Of a stretch of 64,000 nucleotides of DNA, positions 23,410 to 38,000 are shown piece by piece. Each line of letters opens with the position of its first letter. The stretch's first letter is position 1. The stretch lies in the IMG/VR virus record IMGVR_UViG_3300029319_000001; one strand, given 5' to 3'. The stretch is from a virus. Its lineage: Duplodnaviria > Caudoviricetes. The notes below the pieces were generated by a model that worked only from the letters and a program-made list of their open reading frames with translations, was not told where the DNA came from and ran no database searches. The position numbers were made by a program, and so were the translations under genes.

Positions 23410-23702
23410 CTGAAAAGAAAAAAAGACACCTACACTTAGTTGGTGATGATACACAATATAAGGACTATGCTATGGCTGCATTAGATGAAGCAATCTATGA
23501 TGCCATTACTTCTGAAGCAGATGAGTATGACATATACAATACTATAATGAATAGTATTAGGAAAAGAGGTAATGATCATGAAATTGCAGCAGAGAGATGT
23601 AAGAAGTTATCAGATCTATTAGATGGAGTAGATATAAAGGAAAAAAAGAAGACTAATTATAATGAACCAAATCCACCATATAACTCTGAAGAATGGGACT
23701 AA
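23406..23702 (+). CDS. Hypothetical protein
   Basis: ORF track. Confidence 0.65.
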   Translation: MTEKKKRHLHLVGDDTQYKDYAMAALDEAIYDAITSEADEYDIYNTIMNSIRKRGNDHEIAAERCKKLSDLLDGVDIKEKKKTNYNEPNPPYNSEEWD

Positions 23703-23724
23703 TCTAAAATCTCACGGAAACTGG

Positions 23725-23732
23725 TATAAATA
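23725..23732 (+). promoter_or_regulatory. T4-type late promoter
   Basis: TATAAATA 29 bp upstream of gp25. Confidence 0.8.
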
Positions 23733-23760
23733 ATCGAGATACCTAGAGCCGCTGCATGGC

Positions 23761-24153
23761 ATGGCAAATTCCAAGGCATTTAAAGACATAGATCTTTCTT
23801 TTATGCCACACCCTGTTTCTGGAGATATACGAGTCCTTAAAAATGAGGACGCGATTAAGAGAGCTGTAAGGAATTTAGTCCAAACTATAGATGGAGAAAG
23901 ACCTTTTCAATCTAATCTTGGTACAGATGTGACTAGATCTCTATTCGATTTTGTTGATTATGGTACTGCAAGTGTCATAACTCAGCAAATTTTTGATGTT
24001 TTAAGAGGATTTGAGGGTCGTATAGCAAATACTCTTGTAAGAGTAGACCCCAAACCAGATATGAATACATTTGAAGTGTTTATTTCATATGATATTGTAG
24101 GTCAAAGCTTTCCAAGTCAAGAATTTGACTTTATGTTGGAATCAACTAGGTAA
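23761..24153 (+). CDS. gp25: Baseplate wedge subunit gp25
   Basis: FKDIDLSF..HPVSGDI..LKNEDAIKRAVRNLV.T..GERPF. Confidence 0.92.
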   Translation: MANSKAFKDIDLSFMPHPVSGDIRVLKNEDAIKRAVRNLVQTIDGERPFQSNLGTDVTRSLFDFVDYGTASVITQQIFDVLRGFEGRIANTLVRVDPKPDMNTFEVFISYDIVGQSFPSQEFDFMLESTR

Positions 24154-24159
24154 TAAAGA

Positions 24160-26079
24160 ATGCCATTTACTAAATTTACTAACTTAAATTTCGATCAAAT
24201 TAAGGAATCTGTCAAAGATTACCTAAGAGCTAACTCTGATTTTAAAGATTTTGACTTTGAAGGGTCAAATATGGCGATTATAATTGATATTTTAGCGTAT
24301 AATTCGTATATAACTGCATTTAATAGCAATATGGTTGCTAATGAATCCTTTTTGGACTCAGCAACACTAAGAGAAAATGTCGTTTCTTTAGCTAGAAACA
24401 TAGGATATGTGCCAAGATCACGAAAATCTGCTGAAGCAGTGGTTGATTTTGAGTATAAATTCAACGGAGACAGTAATACTATCACTTTAAAGAAAGGTTT
24501 AGCGTTAGTTGGTGCTGTAAATAACACAAGTTATACTTTTTCTATTCCAGAAGATGTCACAGTTAACAGTCCTTTGGATTCTGGAGGAGTAGGTGGTAAT
24601 AATTCTCCTAGAACTGGAAAATTTTCTGGGTTAACAGTGTATCAAGGCACACTTTTAACTAAAAAATTCATTGTAAATGGTAGTTCTGACCAAAGATTTA
24701 TTCTTGACAACTCATTTATTGACTTAGATTCTCTTAGAGTCGAGGTTAGGAAGTCTGGATCGTCTGGAGGACTGTCATTTTCTAGAGTTGACAATATTAT
24801 TGAGGTTACTCCTGTCTCAAATGTCTTTTTAATACAAGAAATTAAGAATGAAACCTATGAATTGCTCTTTGGAGATGGTCTTTTTGGTAAAAAACTAGAA
24901 ATTGGAGATGTAATTGATATTTCTTACATTGTAACTGATGGTAAAGACGGAAATGAAGGTAAATTCTTCACTTTTTCTGGAAATATGGTAAATGATGCAG
25001 GAACTTCTATTGCATCTACAAATAATGTACAAGTAATTGCCACTCAAACCGCTAGAAATGGCACTGATATCGAACCAATTGACTCTATACGATATTTTGC
25101 ACCTAGAATGTACTCCGCACAGAACAGAGCAGTTACACCAAGGGACTATGAAGCAATAATTCAGTCAATTTATCCAAATACGGAGTCTGTTTCTGTTGTT
25201 GGAGGTGAAGAATTAGATCCTCCTGAGTTTGGAACTGTAGTTTTGAGTATAAAACCTAAAAATGGTACATTCTTATCTGATTTTACCAAACAAAACATAC
25301 TAAACAAACTAAAACAGTATGCAATCGCTGGAATTAATCAACGAATTGAAGATTTGAAGATTTTGTATGTAGAATTAGAGTCTTATGTCTATTATAACAA
25401 TAGTATTACTGATGATCAAGACCAACTTAAGGCAGAAGTCATTACATCTCTCACTGAATATGGAAAATCTACTAATTTAAACGCATTTGGTGGTAGATTT
25501 AAGTATTCTGAGTCTCAACGAATTATTGATCAAACAGATCCAGCAATTACTTCCAATATTACGAAGGTTACTATCCGCAGAGACCTAAAAGCACTTATAG
25601 ATCAGTCTGCTCAGTATGAATTATGCTTTGGTAACCAATTTAATGTAAAACCAGGCGGTGGAACTATCAAATCTACTGGATTTAGTATTAGTGGTATTGA
25701 GGGTGAGGTATATTTGACCGATATACCAAGACCTAATAATCTAATAGGTGATATTGCTGTATTTAAACCTGCTGTATCAGCAACAGAGGATCCAGTAGTT
25801 GTTGTTGGGTCAGCTGGTATTGTAGATTATATAAAAGGTGAAGTAATACTCAATACTATCAAAATTTCATCAACAGTTAAAGATAATAACATAGTTGAAA
25901 TACAAGCGTTCCCAGAATCTAATGATATTATAGGATTAAAGGACATTTACCTTAATTTGGACATATCAAATACAGAAATAAATATTGTTAGAGACACAAT
26001 ATCTTCTGGACAGCAAATTTCAGGTATAGGATACAAAGTTACCTCTAGTTACTCTAATGGATCGCTAATCAGACAGTAG
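24160..26079 (+). CDS. gp6: Baseplate wedge subunit gp6
   Basis: LNFDQIK...FKDFDFEGS, DSATLRENVVSLARNIGYVPRS, AQNRAVTPRDYE. Confidence 0.93.
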   Translation: MPFTKFTNLNFDQIKESVKDYLRANSDFKDFDFEGSNMAIIIDILAYNSYITAFNSNMVANESFLDSATLRENVVSLARNIGYVPRSRKSAEAVVDFEYKFNGDSNTITLKKGLALVGAVNNTSYTFSIPEDVTVNSPLDSGGVGGNNSPRTGKFSGLTVYQGTLLTKKFIVNGSSDQRFILDNSFIDLDSLRVEVRKSGSSGGLSFSRVDNIIEVTPVSNVFLIQEIKNETYELLFGDGLFGKKLEIGDVIDISYIVTDGKDGNEGKFFTFSGNMVNDAGTSIASTNNVQVIATQTARNGTDIEPIDSIRYFAPRMYSAQNRAVTPRDYEAIIQSIYPNTESVSVVGGEELDPPEFGTVVLSIKPKNGTFLSDFTKQNILNKLKQYAIAGINQRIEDLKILYVELESYVYYNNSITDDQDQLKAEVITSLTEYGKSTNLNAFGGRFKYSESQRIIDQTDPAITSNITKVTIRRDLKALIDQSAQYELCFGNQFNVKPGGGTIKSTGFSISGIEGEVYLTDIPRPNNLIGDIAVFKPAVSATEDPVVVVGSAGIVDYIKGEVILNTIKISSTVKDNNIVEIQAFPESNDIIGLKDIYLNLDISNTEINIVRDTISSGQQISGIGYKVTSSYSNGSLIRQ

Positions 26080-26080
26080 A

Positions 26081-29000
26081 ATGATCGAAACATACTCTCC
26101 CTTAAGTCCTAGGGTAAAAACTTATCAAGTCGTTAGCGAAATAATACCAGAATTTGCTAAATCAGAGAATCCTCTGTTTGAAAAATTCCTAAGACAGTAT
26201 TATATCTCTCAAGACTTCCAAGGAGGACCTGCAGACATTGCGGAGAATATTGATGCGTATATTCAAGTTGATAATTTAACTACTGATGTAATAAGAGGTT
26301 CAACTACTCTTGTTGGCACTATTTCAAGTACAGATACTACTGTAACTGTTGATAGTACTGATGGATATCCGCAAAAATACGGTCTTTTTAAGATTGATGA
26401 TGAAATATTCAGTTATGCTGGTATAACTACAAATAGTTTTACTGATGTTTGGCGTGGTTTTAGTGGAATCTCTACATTTACCAAACAAAACGACCCTGAG
26501 GAGTTAGTATGGGAAAATACTGTTGCTGGAGTTCATACTAGTGGTGCAAATGTTCAAAATCTTAGTTCTTTATTCTTAAAAGAATTTTATAGGAACTTAA
26601 AAGCAATGTATGCTCCTGGTTTAGAAGGAGTAACGCTTTCACCTCAATTAGATGTTAGTAATTTTATAAAAGAGGCAAGAAGTTTATATGAATCAAAGGG
26701 AACTAACGCATCATTCAAAATTCTCTTCAAAGCACTCTTTGGAGTTGATCCTAAAATCAATGATTTAGAAAAATTCCTAATAAAACCTTCTTTTGCAAAT
26801 TATTTGCGTAGAAAAACAGTTTCTGTAGAATTAATATCTGGAAATCCTCAAGCATTAGTTGGTCAGACACTTTTTCAAGATAATGACCCAACAAACCCCG
26901 AATTAAACGCAGCATCAGGTCCTATTTCTGAAGTATCACTAATCAGAGACGATTATTTCAAACTTTCTCTATTTACAGGTTTTGATGAACGAGGTTTGAC
27001 TGATGGTACCTTCTATGTGCCTGGTAGAAGTCAAAATATCGGAACAATTGGTATTGGTGCGTCTGTTATTACTGTAGACTCTACAATTGGGTTTTCTAGC
27101 ATTGGTACAATCAAAGTTGGTGAGATAGGAACCTCTTTTTATCAAACATTTGACTATGATGCAAAAAGTATCAATCAATTCTTTAATGTTAGTCCTCCAG
27201 TAAGTGTACCAATACCAAATAACAGTACAGTATCTACTTTTAACATTGTTTACGGATATGAGGAAGGAGATCCTACTAGAAAGGTAGAAATGCGTCTAAC
27301 TGGCGTACTTTCTGAATTTAATACTGCTAGACCTCTCCGAAATTTAAAATCTACCTCGGATATTAAAGTAAAAAACTTAGGAAGGTATGTTGCCAATCCA
27401 AATATCAATAAAAGTTACGAAGAGGTATTTTTTAATAGTTGGGTTTACAATACTTCTACCAGATACCAAATTTCCAATTTTTCAGGATCTACTTTTATAC
27501 TTTTGGGGGATATTCAAAAAAGTAGTTTAAAAGTTGGTGATAAAGTTGAATTATTGCGTAGAAATAGTGAATTAGTTGTTGCTCCTCTATTAACAGTCGT
27601 TAGTATTGATGCAACTGCTAAATCTGTTGGTGTTGATGGTACTCTTGGTACTCTTGACCCTCTTTTGTTCTATGACTTCCGAAGATTACAAAATAAAGTC
27701 AAATCTTCTATTGTTCCAGTAAGAGGTGGACAAGATCAGTTATTAACAGATATTAATAACACATATATTGTAGATGAGTCTAAATCAGCGTCAAGTAAGC
27801 GAGAGGGTTTTGTTGCTTCTAGTTCTCTTCCTAGTTACACTATAATTTCCGATAAAATTCATGCGGAGTTGATAAATCCTTCTTTTGCTGGTGGAAACTG
27901 GGAAGGATATGATAGTGTAGAAAACAGATACAGTATTATTGCATTTCCTACAAATGTTCCATTTGAAACTGGAGATGAGATCATATATGCTCCAGCACCA
28001 GGAACTGAAGTTATTGGTGCGTTAGATGCACCAACTTACTTTGTAGAAGTGCTAAGTGCAAAAAATAAAATAAAATTATATCGATCTCGTTCGTTTATTA
28101 AAGCAAATTTACCATCATTCTTTACTGCACCCACTTCTGCTACAGGTACACATGATTTTATACTTGCTAGTCAAGGAAAGAGAGAAATATTCCCTGCGAG
28201 ACCTATAAGACGATTTATTTTAGAGCAGCAACTTAAGAGTGGTAAAGAAGGTCAAACTACTTCCGAACTTACTGTAGATGGTAATACTGCAATGCTTGTA
28301 AATGGTATTGAGGTATTAAATTATAAAGGTGCGGACTCACTCTTCTACGGTCCTGTCAAAACTTTAAATGTTCTAAACAGTGGTTTTGATTATGATGTTC
28401 AAGCACCTCCAAACATTAATATTAGTGATGAAACTGTTAGTGTAGCAAATACTGCAGGTGCAGTTCCAGTTTTAAGCGGAATTGTAACAAGTGTCGTTAT
28501 TGATCCATTTGATTATGATCTTGAAAAAGTTATTAGTGTAGAAATATACGGTGGTAATGGTAGCGGTGCTGTTGGTAGAGCATTATTAGAAGAAAGATTT
28601 AGGCAAGTATATTTTAACGGTATTAGCACCAGTCTACAAGGTAATGTTAGTGGAACTTATAATTCATTCAATCTTGATAAAGCACATAATTTTATAACTG
28701 GAGATAGACTTGTATATGATAATAATGGTGGTGATAACCTTGGTATTGCTACAACAGGAGGAATTGCTGATTCATTAACATTATTCAGTGGTCAGGATTA
28801 TTATATTAATGTTATTAACGAAACAGATTTTACTCTTCATAATAATAAGCAAGATTCTATTGTTGGTGTTAATACAATTTTAATTGATGAGAATGCTGCT
28901 TTACTTAACGGAGGTCTTCATATTTTCCGTACTTTTGATAAAAGACTTACTATTAGTAGAATTAGTTTAGAAAATTCTGGTTCAGGTTACGCAAATAGAA

Positions 29001-32000
29001 CTTTGCTTATTAAACCAGTTGGAATTAATACTTTTAATGATTCTATTGAGTTTGTTGATCATGGACTTACTGATGGAGAAGTGGTTGAATATGAGAATGG
29101 TGCGAATGCCATCGTAACAGGTCTCAGTACAACAAAACAGTATAAAGTACTAAAGATAGACAAAGATAAGTTTAGACTTGCTGAGGCAGGTAATAAGGGT
29201 GATAGAGAAACATTAGACACAAACTATAATAACCGTCAGAATGTGTATCTAGATTCTGTTGGTGCTGGAAGCGGATACCACACTATTAAATATCCTCCAA
29301 TTGTATGTAAAGTTAAAGTATTAACTAAAAATCAACAACAAGAAGAACCTACCGCAACTCCAGTTGTTAGAGGTCAGATTGATGATATTTTGATATACGA
29401 TCATGGTGCAAACTATGGATCTAAAATCTTAAATTTTCCAAATCCACCTATTGTTAATATTCCTACAGGACAATTAGGTCAAATTGGTCTTGTTGTTTCA
29501 AATGGTACTATTACTGATGCATTTGTTGCAAACGGAGGAAGTGGTTATGTAGGACCTCCTGATCTTACCGTTGTTAGTGCAGCAACAACAGCAACTGGTG
29601 CTATTTTAAGATCTATTGTTAATGATGCTGGAAAAATTACAGATGTAAAAGTAATATCTGGTGGTATTGGATATGCAGCAACTAATACAAGTGTTAATGT
29701 TACACCTGTTGGTCAGGAGTTTAAGGCAGAAGCGACTGTAAGATCTCTTACTGTTAATAAGGCGTATCGCTTAGATTCACCTGAATTAGACTTCTTACAA
29801 CCGATTGGAGAGGGTTTAGCGGTTAATGTTGTTGGATATGGTAACTCTATTAGGAACTTCTTCGATGATGATGGAACAGGTCACTCTCCTATCATCGGTT
29901 GGGCATATGATGGGAATCCAATTTACGGTGCTTATGGATTAGTTGAAATTGATAATATTCAGTCTGATGTTAAGAAGATGGAATCTAGTTATGAGATATC
30001 AGCAACTAATATTTCAAATAGACCTCCTTCAGCAGAATATCCATATGGATATTTTGTAGATGATTATGTTTATACTGGAAACGGAGATTTAGACGAACAT
30101 AACGGAAGATTTACTAAAACTCCTGATTTTCCAGAAGGATGCTATGCGTATTTTTCTACAATAGATAATTTAAACAATCCACAGTTCCCATTCTTTGTTG
30201 GAAACACATATAGATCTTTTGCTATTGAGGAAAACACTATAAATGGTAAATTACTTGATCAAACCACTTTTGAGTTTTCTACTTCAGATCTTATAAGAAA
30301 TACGCAACCATATAACCTATTTGGTGATAATGTTAGTTACGACTATGTGTTCCAACCATATAGAGTTAATAATCAGGTTTCAAATCCAAGTAGTTTATTA
30401 CAAGGTCCTGTAGAATCTATCAATATTGTAAATAAGGGTTCTGGTTATAGTATTGGTGAAAAATTAGTATTTGACACTACAGGAACTGGTGGTGTTGGAT
30501 TAGATGCGGAAGTTTCAAAACTTCATGGAAAACCAATTGATAATATTAGTAGTTCTGTTACTACATTATCAAATCTTCCTATTGAACACACTAGAGATGG
30601 AGTTGTATTCAAAGTAACTCCGTATCATGAATTTGATGCTGAAAATACTGTAAATGTACTTGGTATATCAACTTATATTAAAAACTTAGAAGGATTTAAA
30701 AAGATTGCAGTTGCAGGTTATGGTGCATCTTTGACAGATGACGGTTATACTGGTATTATTACAGATATAAGAGTTAACTTTATTGCTCCTAATGTTGCAG
30801 TAGGTGACTCTATTGGTATTGGCACAGAAACTGCTAGAATTCTTGATTTCTTCCCTAGTGAAAAAATTCTTAGAATAGAAAGATACGCTGGTTTTACCAC
30901 TGCTGCAGTAGGAGCTGCTGTTACATATTTTACTAGTGAGTTTACAGTTCCTGTAGAAACAGATCCTTTTAATTCTAAATTCCAGAGTTTAATATATTTC
31001 AACCCTAAAGAAGCAGTAGGTGTTGGAACAACTGTTGGAATCTCAACTACTGTTAATGTATCTCTTAACGGAGTTACTAAACAAAGATCTATTCTTGCAC
31101 AAACTCTACATCTACCTAATCATGGTCTTAAAACTAATGTTAAGGTCACCTTCGACAAACGAGGTAATACTGACCTTTTTGTTACTGATTCCATAAGTCC
31201 GTATACTGCTCCAAGTGCTTTGAGTGGTGATTTCTATGTTATCAATAACACACCCAATACAATTGGTCTTAAAACTAATACAGAAGGTCCTGCTTTATTC
31301 TTTACTACAACAGGTGATGATAAGGCAAATTATTCCCTAGTAACTAACTATAAACAAGAAACTGCAACTGTTAGAAGAAGTCAAGTAACTATTCAAACAA
31401 CTGTGGATCATGGTTTAGAAGAAAATGATAGATTTGATCTAATCGTTAAAACAGGATTAACCACTGGTATTGGTACTTCTACAAGAGCAACAGTCAAATT
31501 AATTGACGGTTACACAGTTATTAATCCTTTAGATATTCCTACAAGCGGAGTTAATACTACAACTGGTATATTTACTATTGAGGATCATGCTTTAGAAACA
31601 GGATTTAAAGTTTTAATGTATGGTGCTGGTGGTATTCCGTCTCAACTTCCTAGTGGATTAGAACAAAGAACATATTTTGTTTTAAAAATTGATGCAGATA
31701 CATTCCAATTAGCAAATACAGAAAAACAACTTCGTGCAGATCCACCTGAACTTGTTTCATTTGTATCTGTAGGACATACTGGACAAAGTATTAATCCTAT
31801 TAATCCACCAGTTACAGTATTCCGTGAAAATAATATTGTATTTGATCTTAACGATACTAGTTTACTTGGGTCAAAACTTAAGTTATTCTATGATAGAAAT
31901 TATTTTAATGAATATGTTGGAACTGGATCTACTTCTAACTTAGAAGTTGTTGGATTTGGTACTGTTGGTATTGGAACTACAAATCCTGATACCATGCCAT

Positions 32001-35000
32001 ATAAGCAGGTTAATTTCAGTGATAGTCTTAAAGATACTATTTACTATGCAATAGAAAAAGGTGGGTATATTACAACTAGCGAAACTGATGTAGTAAATGG
32101 AAATGAAATTAAATATAAAGATAGTGGATTTAATGGAAAAGGATATATTGCGACTGGAGTAGCTGGAACTGTATTTACCGCTAACATTGGTGCAGAACCA
32201 GAAAAAGATCATTATACTCAAGATGACTGTGCGGAATTATATTATAGTCATACAGGTGCTGCTGCAACTGGTGGTGTATCAAAAATAAAAATTATTAATG
32301 GTGGATTTGGATTCCAGAGACTCCCTGCTGTAACTTCTATTGGATCTAGCGGAATTAGTGCGGAATTAGAATTATTTGGAAGTAATATTAACCTATTAGA
32401 TGAGGTTAGTGTTCCTACAGATGTTTTTGGATATCCCTCTGATAATACATTAAAACCAGATGCATTCTTACCTAGAATTTTGTTAATTAAGAATGCTAAT
32501 AAAGTTCTCTCTGCAAAGGTAACATTTGGAGGAAGATCATATCTTAATGCACCTTCTCTTGTTGTATTTGATCAAACAACTGGAGAAATTATCACTAATG
32601 GTCTTCTTGTTGCAGAATTAAGTGATACTGCAGTAAACAGGGTAAATGTTGTTGTTGAACCTAGAGGTTTGACTGGTAATGATTATGGTATTGCACCTCT
32701 AAGAAATAGTAATGGTATTAGCGTTCTTGAGGCAGTTTCAGATGTAGGAATTCTTACTTGTAAAATTACCACTCCTGTTCTTGGATATGATGTAGAACCA
32801 TTCCAAACTGGTGATATTGTTTATCTTGAGGGAATAGATTACACTCCTGGATCGGGAGATGGATTTAACTCTGGAGATTACAAATTTATTGATTTTGCGA
32901 TTGCTGATTATAATAGTGCAACTAATCCAAGAGAAGTTACATTCACTTATACAGGATTAACTACTAATCCTGGAATTGGTGCAACCGTGGTTCCTGGTTT
33001 TGGTCAAATTGTAAAATCTGAAGATCTTGCAAGATTTGAAGCAACTAAGTCATTCTCAGAGTTTAGAAGCAATGAACCATTAAGAAGAAACAATGATTTA
33101 TTTACAGATTTGATAATGACCGATATTGATGTCAATGCTGGCATCATGGTTGTTAGTGGATCTTTAAATCTACAGGTTGACGACAAATTGCTCGGAACCA
33201 ATAGTGGTGATGTATGCGAAGTACAAGCTATAACAGAATTTGATGGATATTTTGAAATTTCACCTACAATTGATACAAATGTTGGTTGGTCAGATAATAT
33301 TGGTTTAATTGGAGATAACAATCAATTTTTACCAGATAATGATTATTATCAGAATATGTCTTACGCTATTGAAAGTGAAAAGACATATGAAGAGTTAGTT
33401 ACCTATGTTAACGATATTGTACACCCTGCAGGATTTAAAAACTTTGCAAATACTCAAATTTTAGCAACAGGTAACGCTGGTGAAACATTTATCCCTGCTA
33501 AAGATGCTGGTGGATTAGTTCTTGACTTTATTAATGATCCTCTTAGAGTAGATGCTATTTACAATTTTGATGTTGCTAGAGATGCGAACTCTGCTGATAA
33601 TTTATCTAAATTCATAGAAATTGAACAAACAAGACTTGCAGACTTTATTTTATGTAAAACAAATAGAGTTCTTTTACATGATGATATTAGTCCTCAATTT
33701 ATTAGTAATGAATCTAATGATTTGAGTGATAGTAGAGTTATTGCTGCTACTGTTGCTGGTAGATATTTCTCAAGATATCTTGTTCAAACAATACATGATG
33801 CACAAGATCCACTTAAAAATCATTATCAATTAAATGAATTGATTCTTATTACATGTAATGAGGATACCTACTTAGTTCAAAAGAGTGCTCTTAACAATAC
33901 AAACCAAGTTGGTTTAGCAACTGGATATGGTGAGTTCTTTGCTCAGTTTAATGTTAATAATGGACAAACACAAGTAAGAATTAAACCTTACGAACCATTT
34001 GATACAAACTACGATATTAAGGCATTCCAGCAAGGTTTTGCTGATAGTGTTGGTACTGGTCAAACTGAACTAGGTAATGCAGAAGTTAGAAGCGTTAATG
34101 CTAGTGTAGGAACAGGTACAACAACTGAGATTGTAGGAATTAATACAGTTAATTTAGCAGGTTATCATGCACATATTGTAGTTGTTAATAAAAATGATAA
34201 TAAAGTAGATTATCATGAATTAGTCGGACAACATGATGGTGTTGATACTTATTTGACTGAGGTTGGATCATTTAACACTAGGCAAAGTCTTGGTGGATTA
34301 TCCTCTCCACAGTTTATGGGTACATTTACTTCTGCTATTGAAAGTGGAGTTGTTAAACTTAAGTATGTTCATAGTGAGGCACAAGCTGTAGATGTTAAAT
34401 GTAAGTTTTTATCTTTCAATCCTGTTGGATACGGAACTACATCAGTTAAACACTTTAACATCCCATTTACACCCGAAGGATCGGAAAGAAGTGGAAGAAT
34501 AGTTGTTGGTTCTTCTGCAACAACAGGAATTGCAACTGTATGCGGAATTACATCATTTACTGATCTATCTTTTAAATCTACAGTTTCTGTAAGTTATGGA
34601 AGTACTCAAACATTCCATCAAATATATGTTCTATCAGATCCTAATAAAGCAGATACATTCTTATCTCAAGGACCTATTGCTGCAGTAGGAACTACTACTG
34701 GTATTGGTACATTTGGTGCTGAGTTTAGTGGTAGTAATGTTAATTTAGAATTCTATCCAGATTCAGGAGTTACTGGAATTGTTAGCATCTTCTCTTACAA
34801 TGAGATTATATACAAACAAAATGATCCTAATGGACTTCTTGCTGGTATTGGTTCATTTAATTATGGTCAAGTATTTGAGAATCAAACTCAAAATACTTAC
34901 TTAGGTATAAACAATAGAAATATTAGAAAATTTGGATTAAAGTATCAAAACACTCCAATTTACCAAAGAGCAATTAATCCAGAAAATGTTAATGACATTG

Positions 35001-38000
35001 ATAAAGGAACAGGTCTTATTACTGTAAAACATTTCTTCTCTAATACAGAAAAAGTAAGTTACCTTCCCGATTCTAATATTGTTGGACTTGCTGCAAGTGC
35101 TTTAGAATATTCTACTGGATATGGATCAACTGTTCTTCCAAGTGAGTGTTTTATTGTTAAGTCTAATAACAACCAATTCTTTATCTCTACATCAATTCAA
35201 GATGCTAGAATTGGTAAGGGAGTTACCTTTGCACAAGATAAGGGTCAAGGTAACCTTCACAAGTTTACAATGGACAAGAGAGATTCTAAGTCTATAATTT
35301 CTCTCAACGGATTAGTACAAAAACCACTTTCTCATACATCTATTACATATGAATTAGATACTGCTGTTAATGGTTTTGTTACTTGTTTTGCCTTAAGTGG
35401 TTTAAGCACAATTACCTCTGGTGATTTGTTAAGAATTGATGATGAGTATAGTATTGTTCAAACAGTTGGTTTTGGTAGTACACCTGCAGGACCTATAACT
35501 GGTATTGGAACTTGGAGTCTTGTTGAAGTTGAAAGAGGTACAGTTGGTAGTGCAGCAACAGTTCATTCTGCTGGATCAACTGCAAGAATTTATAGAGGTG
35601 CTTTCCAGATAGTCGATAGTGATGTATATTTCACTAATGCTCCTCTTGGTGGCGACTTAGGTTTGATTGATCCAAGTAATCTTCCTTATCCTAGAGCATC
35701 ATTTGGTGGAAGAACTTACTTAAGACAAGACTATAGCACTAACCAAATATTCGATGATAACTCAGATCAGTTTGATGGTTTAGAAAATATATTCCCATTA
35801 ACTTCTACAGGTGTTGCTGTAACTGGTATTGGTTCAACTGGTGGTAATGGAGTTCTGTTTATTAACAGTATGTTCCAAGCACCATTTGGTGAGAACAATG
35901 AAGGTGTTGCAAACTTTAAGATTATTGAACAAAGTCTTGGTGGTATTGCTAGTGTTAACTATACAGGTATTACTTCGTTTGGATTCACGGATCTAATAAT
36001 TGATGAGGGAGATGTTAACCAAAATCAACTACCTAGAGGTGGCATCATAGTTTCTGTTGCATCTACACCAGGTCAAGGTTATGCTCCATTTAAAGGTGCT
36101 AAGGTTAGGGTAACTACTGGAAAAGATGGTGCTATCACAGGCATTACTGGTATATCAACAACTAGAGAGTTTATAGATGTTGAAAGTGTAGATTATGATA
36201 AGATAACTGGACTTGCAACTGTATCTACTACAAAAGTACATAGATTTGGAGTTGAAGATTTTGCTAAGTTAGTTGGTTTAGAATTTACTTGTCCTACTTC
36301 TGGTTACCCATCAGGAATAACGACCCTTGGCATTACATCATTTGTATATGATCATCTTGTTGGTATTGCTACAATAATTACAGACTCTACACATGGATTT
36401 ACTGATCCAAACTTAGTAGGTATAGTAACTGATGGATTGACATTTACTTGTGATATGGATGGTTATAGAACAAATCATACATATCCAAGATCTACTGATC
36501 CTGCAAATAATAAGTTCTTAGAAATTAGGAATGTAACTAGAGATGAATTTGATGTAAATGTAGGTATATCAACTCAAGTAAGATATACTCCAGTGGATGC
36601 TGTTTATGATGCTGTTGCTGGTATTATGACAGTGACTATTGGATCACACAATATAATGTCTGGAACCAGTATTAAGATTGATCAAGAATCAATTAATTTC
36701 CAGTGTGCAATGGATGGTCTTTCTACAACTAAGTCATATCCTAGAACAACTGATCCATATTTTGATAGAGCAATCTCAGTTGCATCTACTACTGCAACAG
36801 GTATTGCTATAACTGTAGGAACTTCTCCTATCGTTAATTACAGTATTACTACTGCAACTTACAATCCATCAACAGGTATTGTAACTGCTACTATTGGACA
36901 ACATCCTCTTAAAGATGGAACCTCTATTAAGTTAAAAGAGGGTTCTCTAATCTTTAGATGTGAAACTGACAATTATATTTCAACTCATACATATCCACGC
37001 AATATTATTGATACTCAAACCATTAACGGTGCTGAATATGATGCAACTGCTGGTATTATGACAGTTACTGTTGTACCTGGTGGTCGTCTAATACATGATG
37101 GAGATTTTGTAAGATTTGATAATGATTCTATTAGATTTACTTGTGATATGGATGGTGGAACATCTACTAAGTCTTATCCAAGATCTACCGATCCTTATAG
37201 TGGAAAGTGGGTACCAATCACAGGAATAGGAACTACTTCATTTGCTGTTAATGTAGGTAAGTCACCCATACAACCTTTTGCTATTTCTAGTGCTATCTAC
37301 GATCCTACTGCTGGTATTGTAACGGTCAGCATACCTGATCATGAATTTATGACTGGTACTAGCATAAGAATCTCTCCTTATTCATTAGCATTTAGATGTG
37401 GTCTTGATACTTATCAAAGTATTCATAGGTATCCTAGAACAACTGATACTGTTGGTTATAATACTGCAGTCTCTATTGCTTCTACAACGGTAGATACTAT
37501 TTCATTCCAGATACTTCCAAGTCAACCATCAAGTAATGTATCAACTCACCATCATGTTCCAAATGATAAATTAACACCAATTAATGCATCATATGATCCT
37601 GTTGTAGGAATCATGACTGTTACATCTAATAATCATGGACTCTATAATGGTGATTATGTGAAGTTTGATGATGGGTCTGTCAACTTTACATGCACTAGAG
37701 ATAATAATCAAAAAGTTTGTGGATATCCTAGACCAAAAGATCCTTATCACAATACATGGGTTAAAGTATCTAATGTAACAACTAATACTTTCAGAGTCAA
37801 TGTTGGAAAGTCATATGATACTGCTACACATACTTTTGTATCGGGAACAACTGATAGTATTACTAGATCTGTAATAGTAGGTGGTGGTGCATATAATCAT
37901 ACTTTTGTTAGTGCTGGTGTCGGTAGTATGGATCAAAAGCGTGATAGAACATTTGATCAACCAGTTAAGATTACTGCTGGATATACTTTAGATACTGCAG

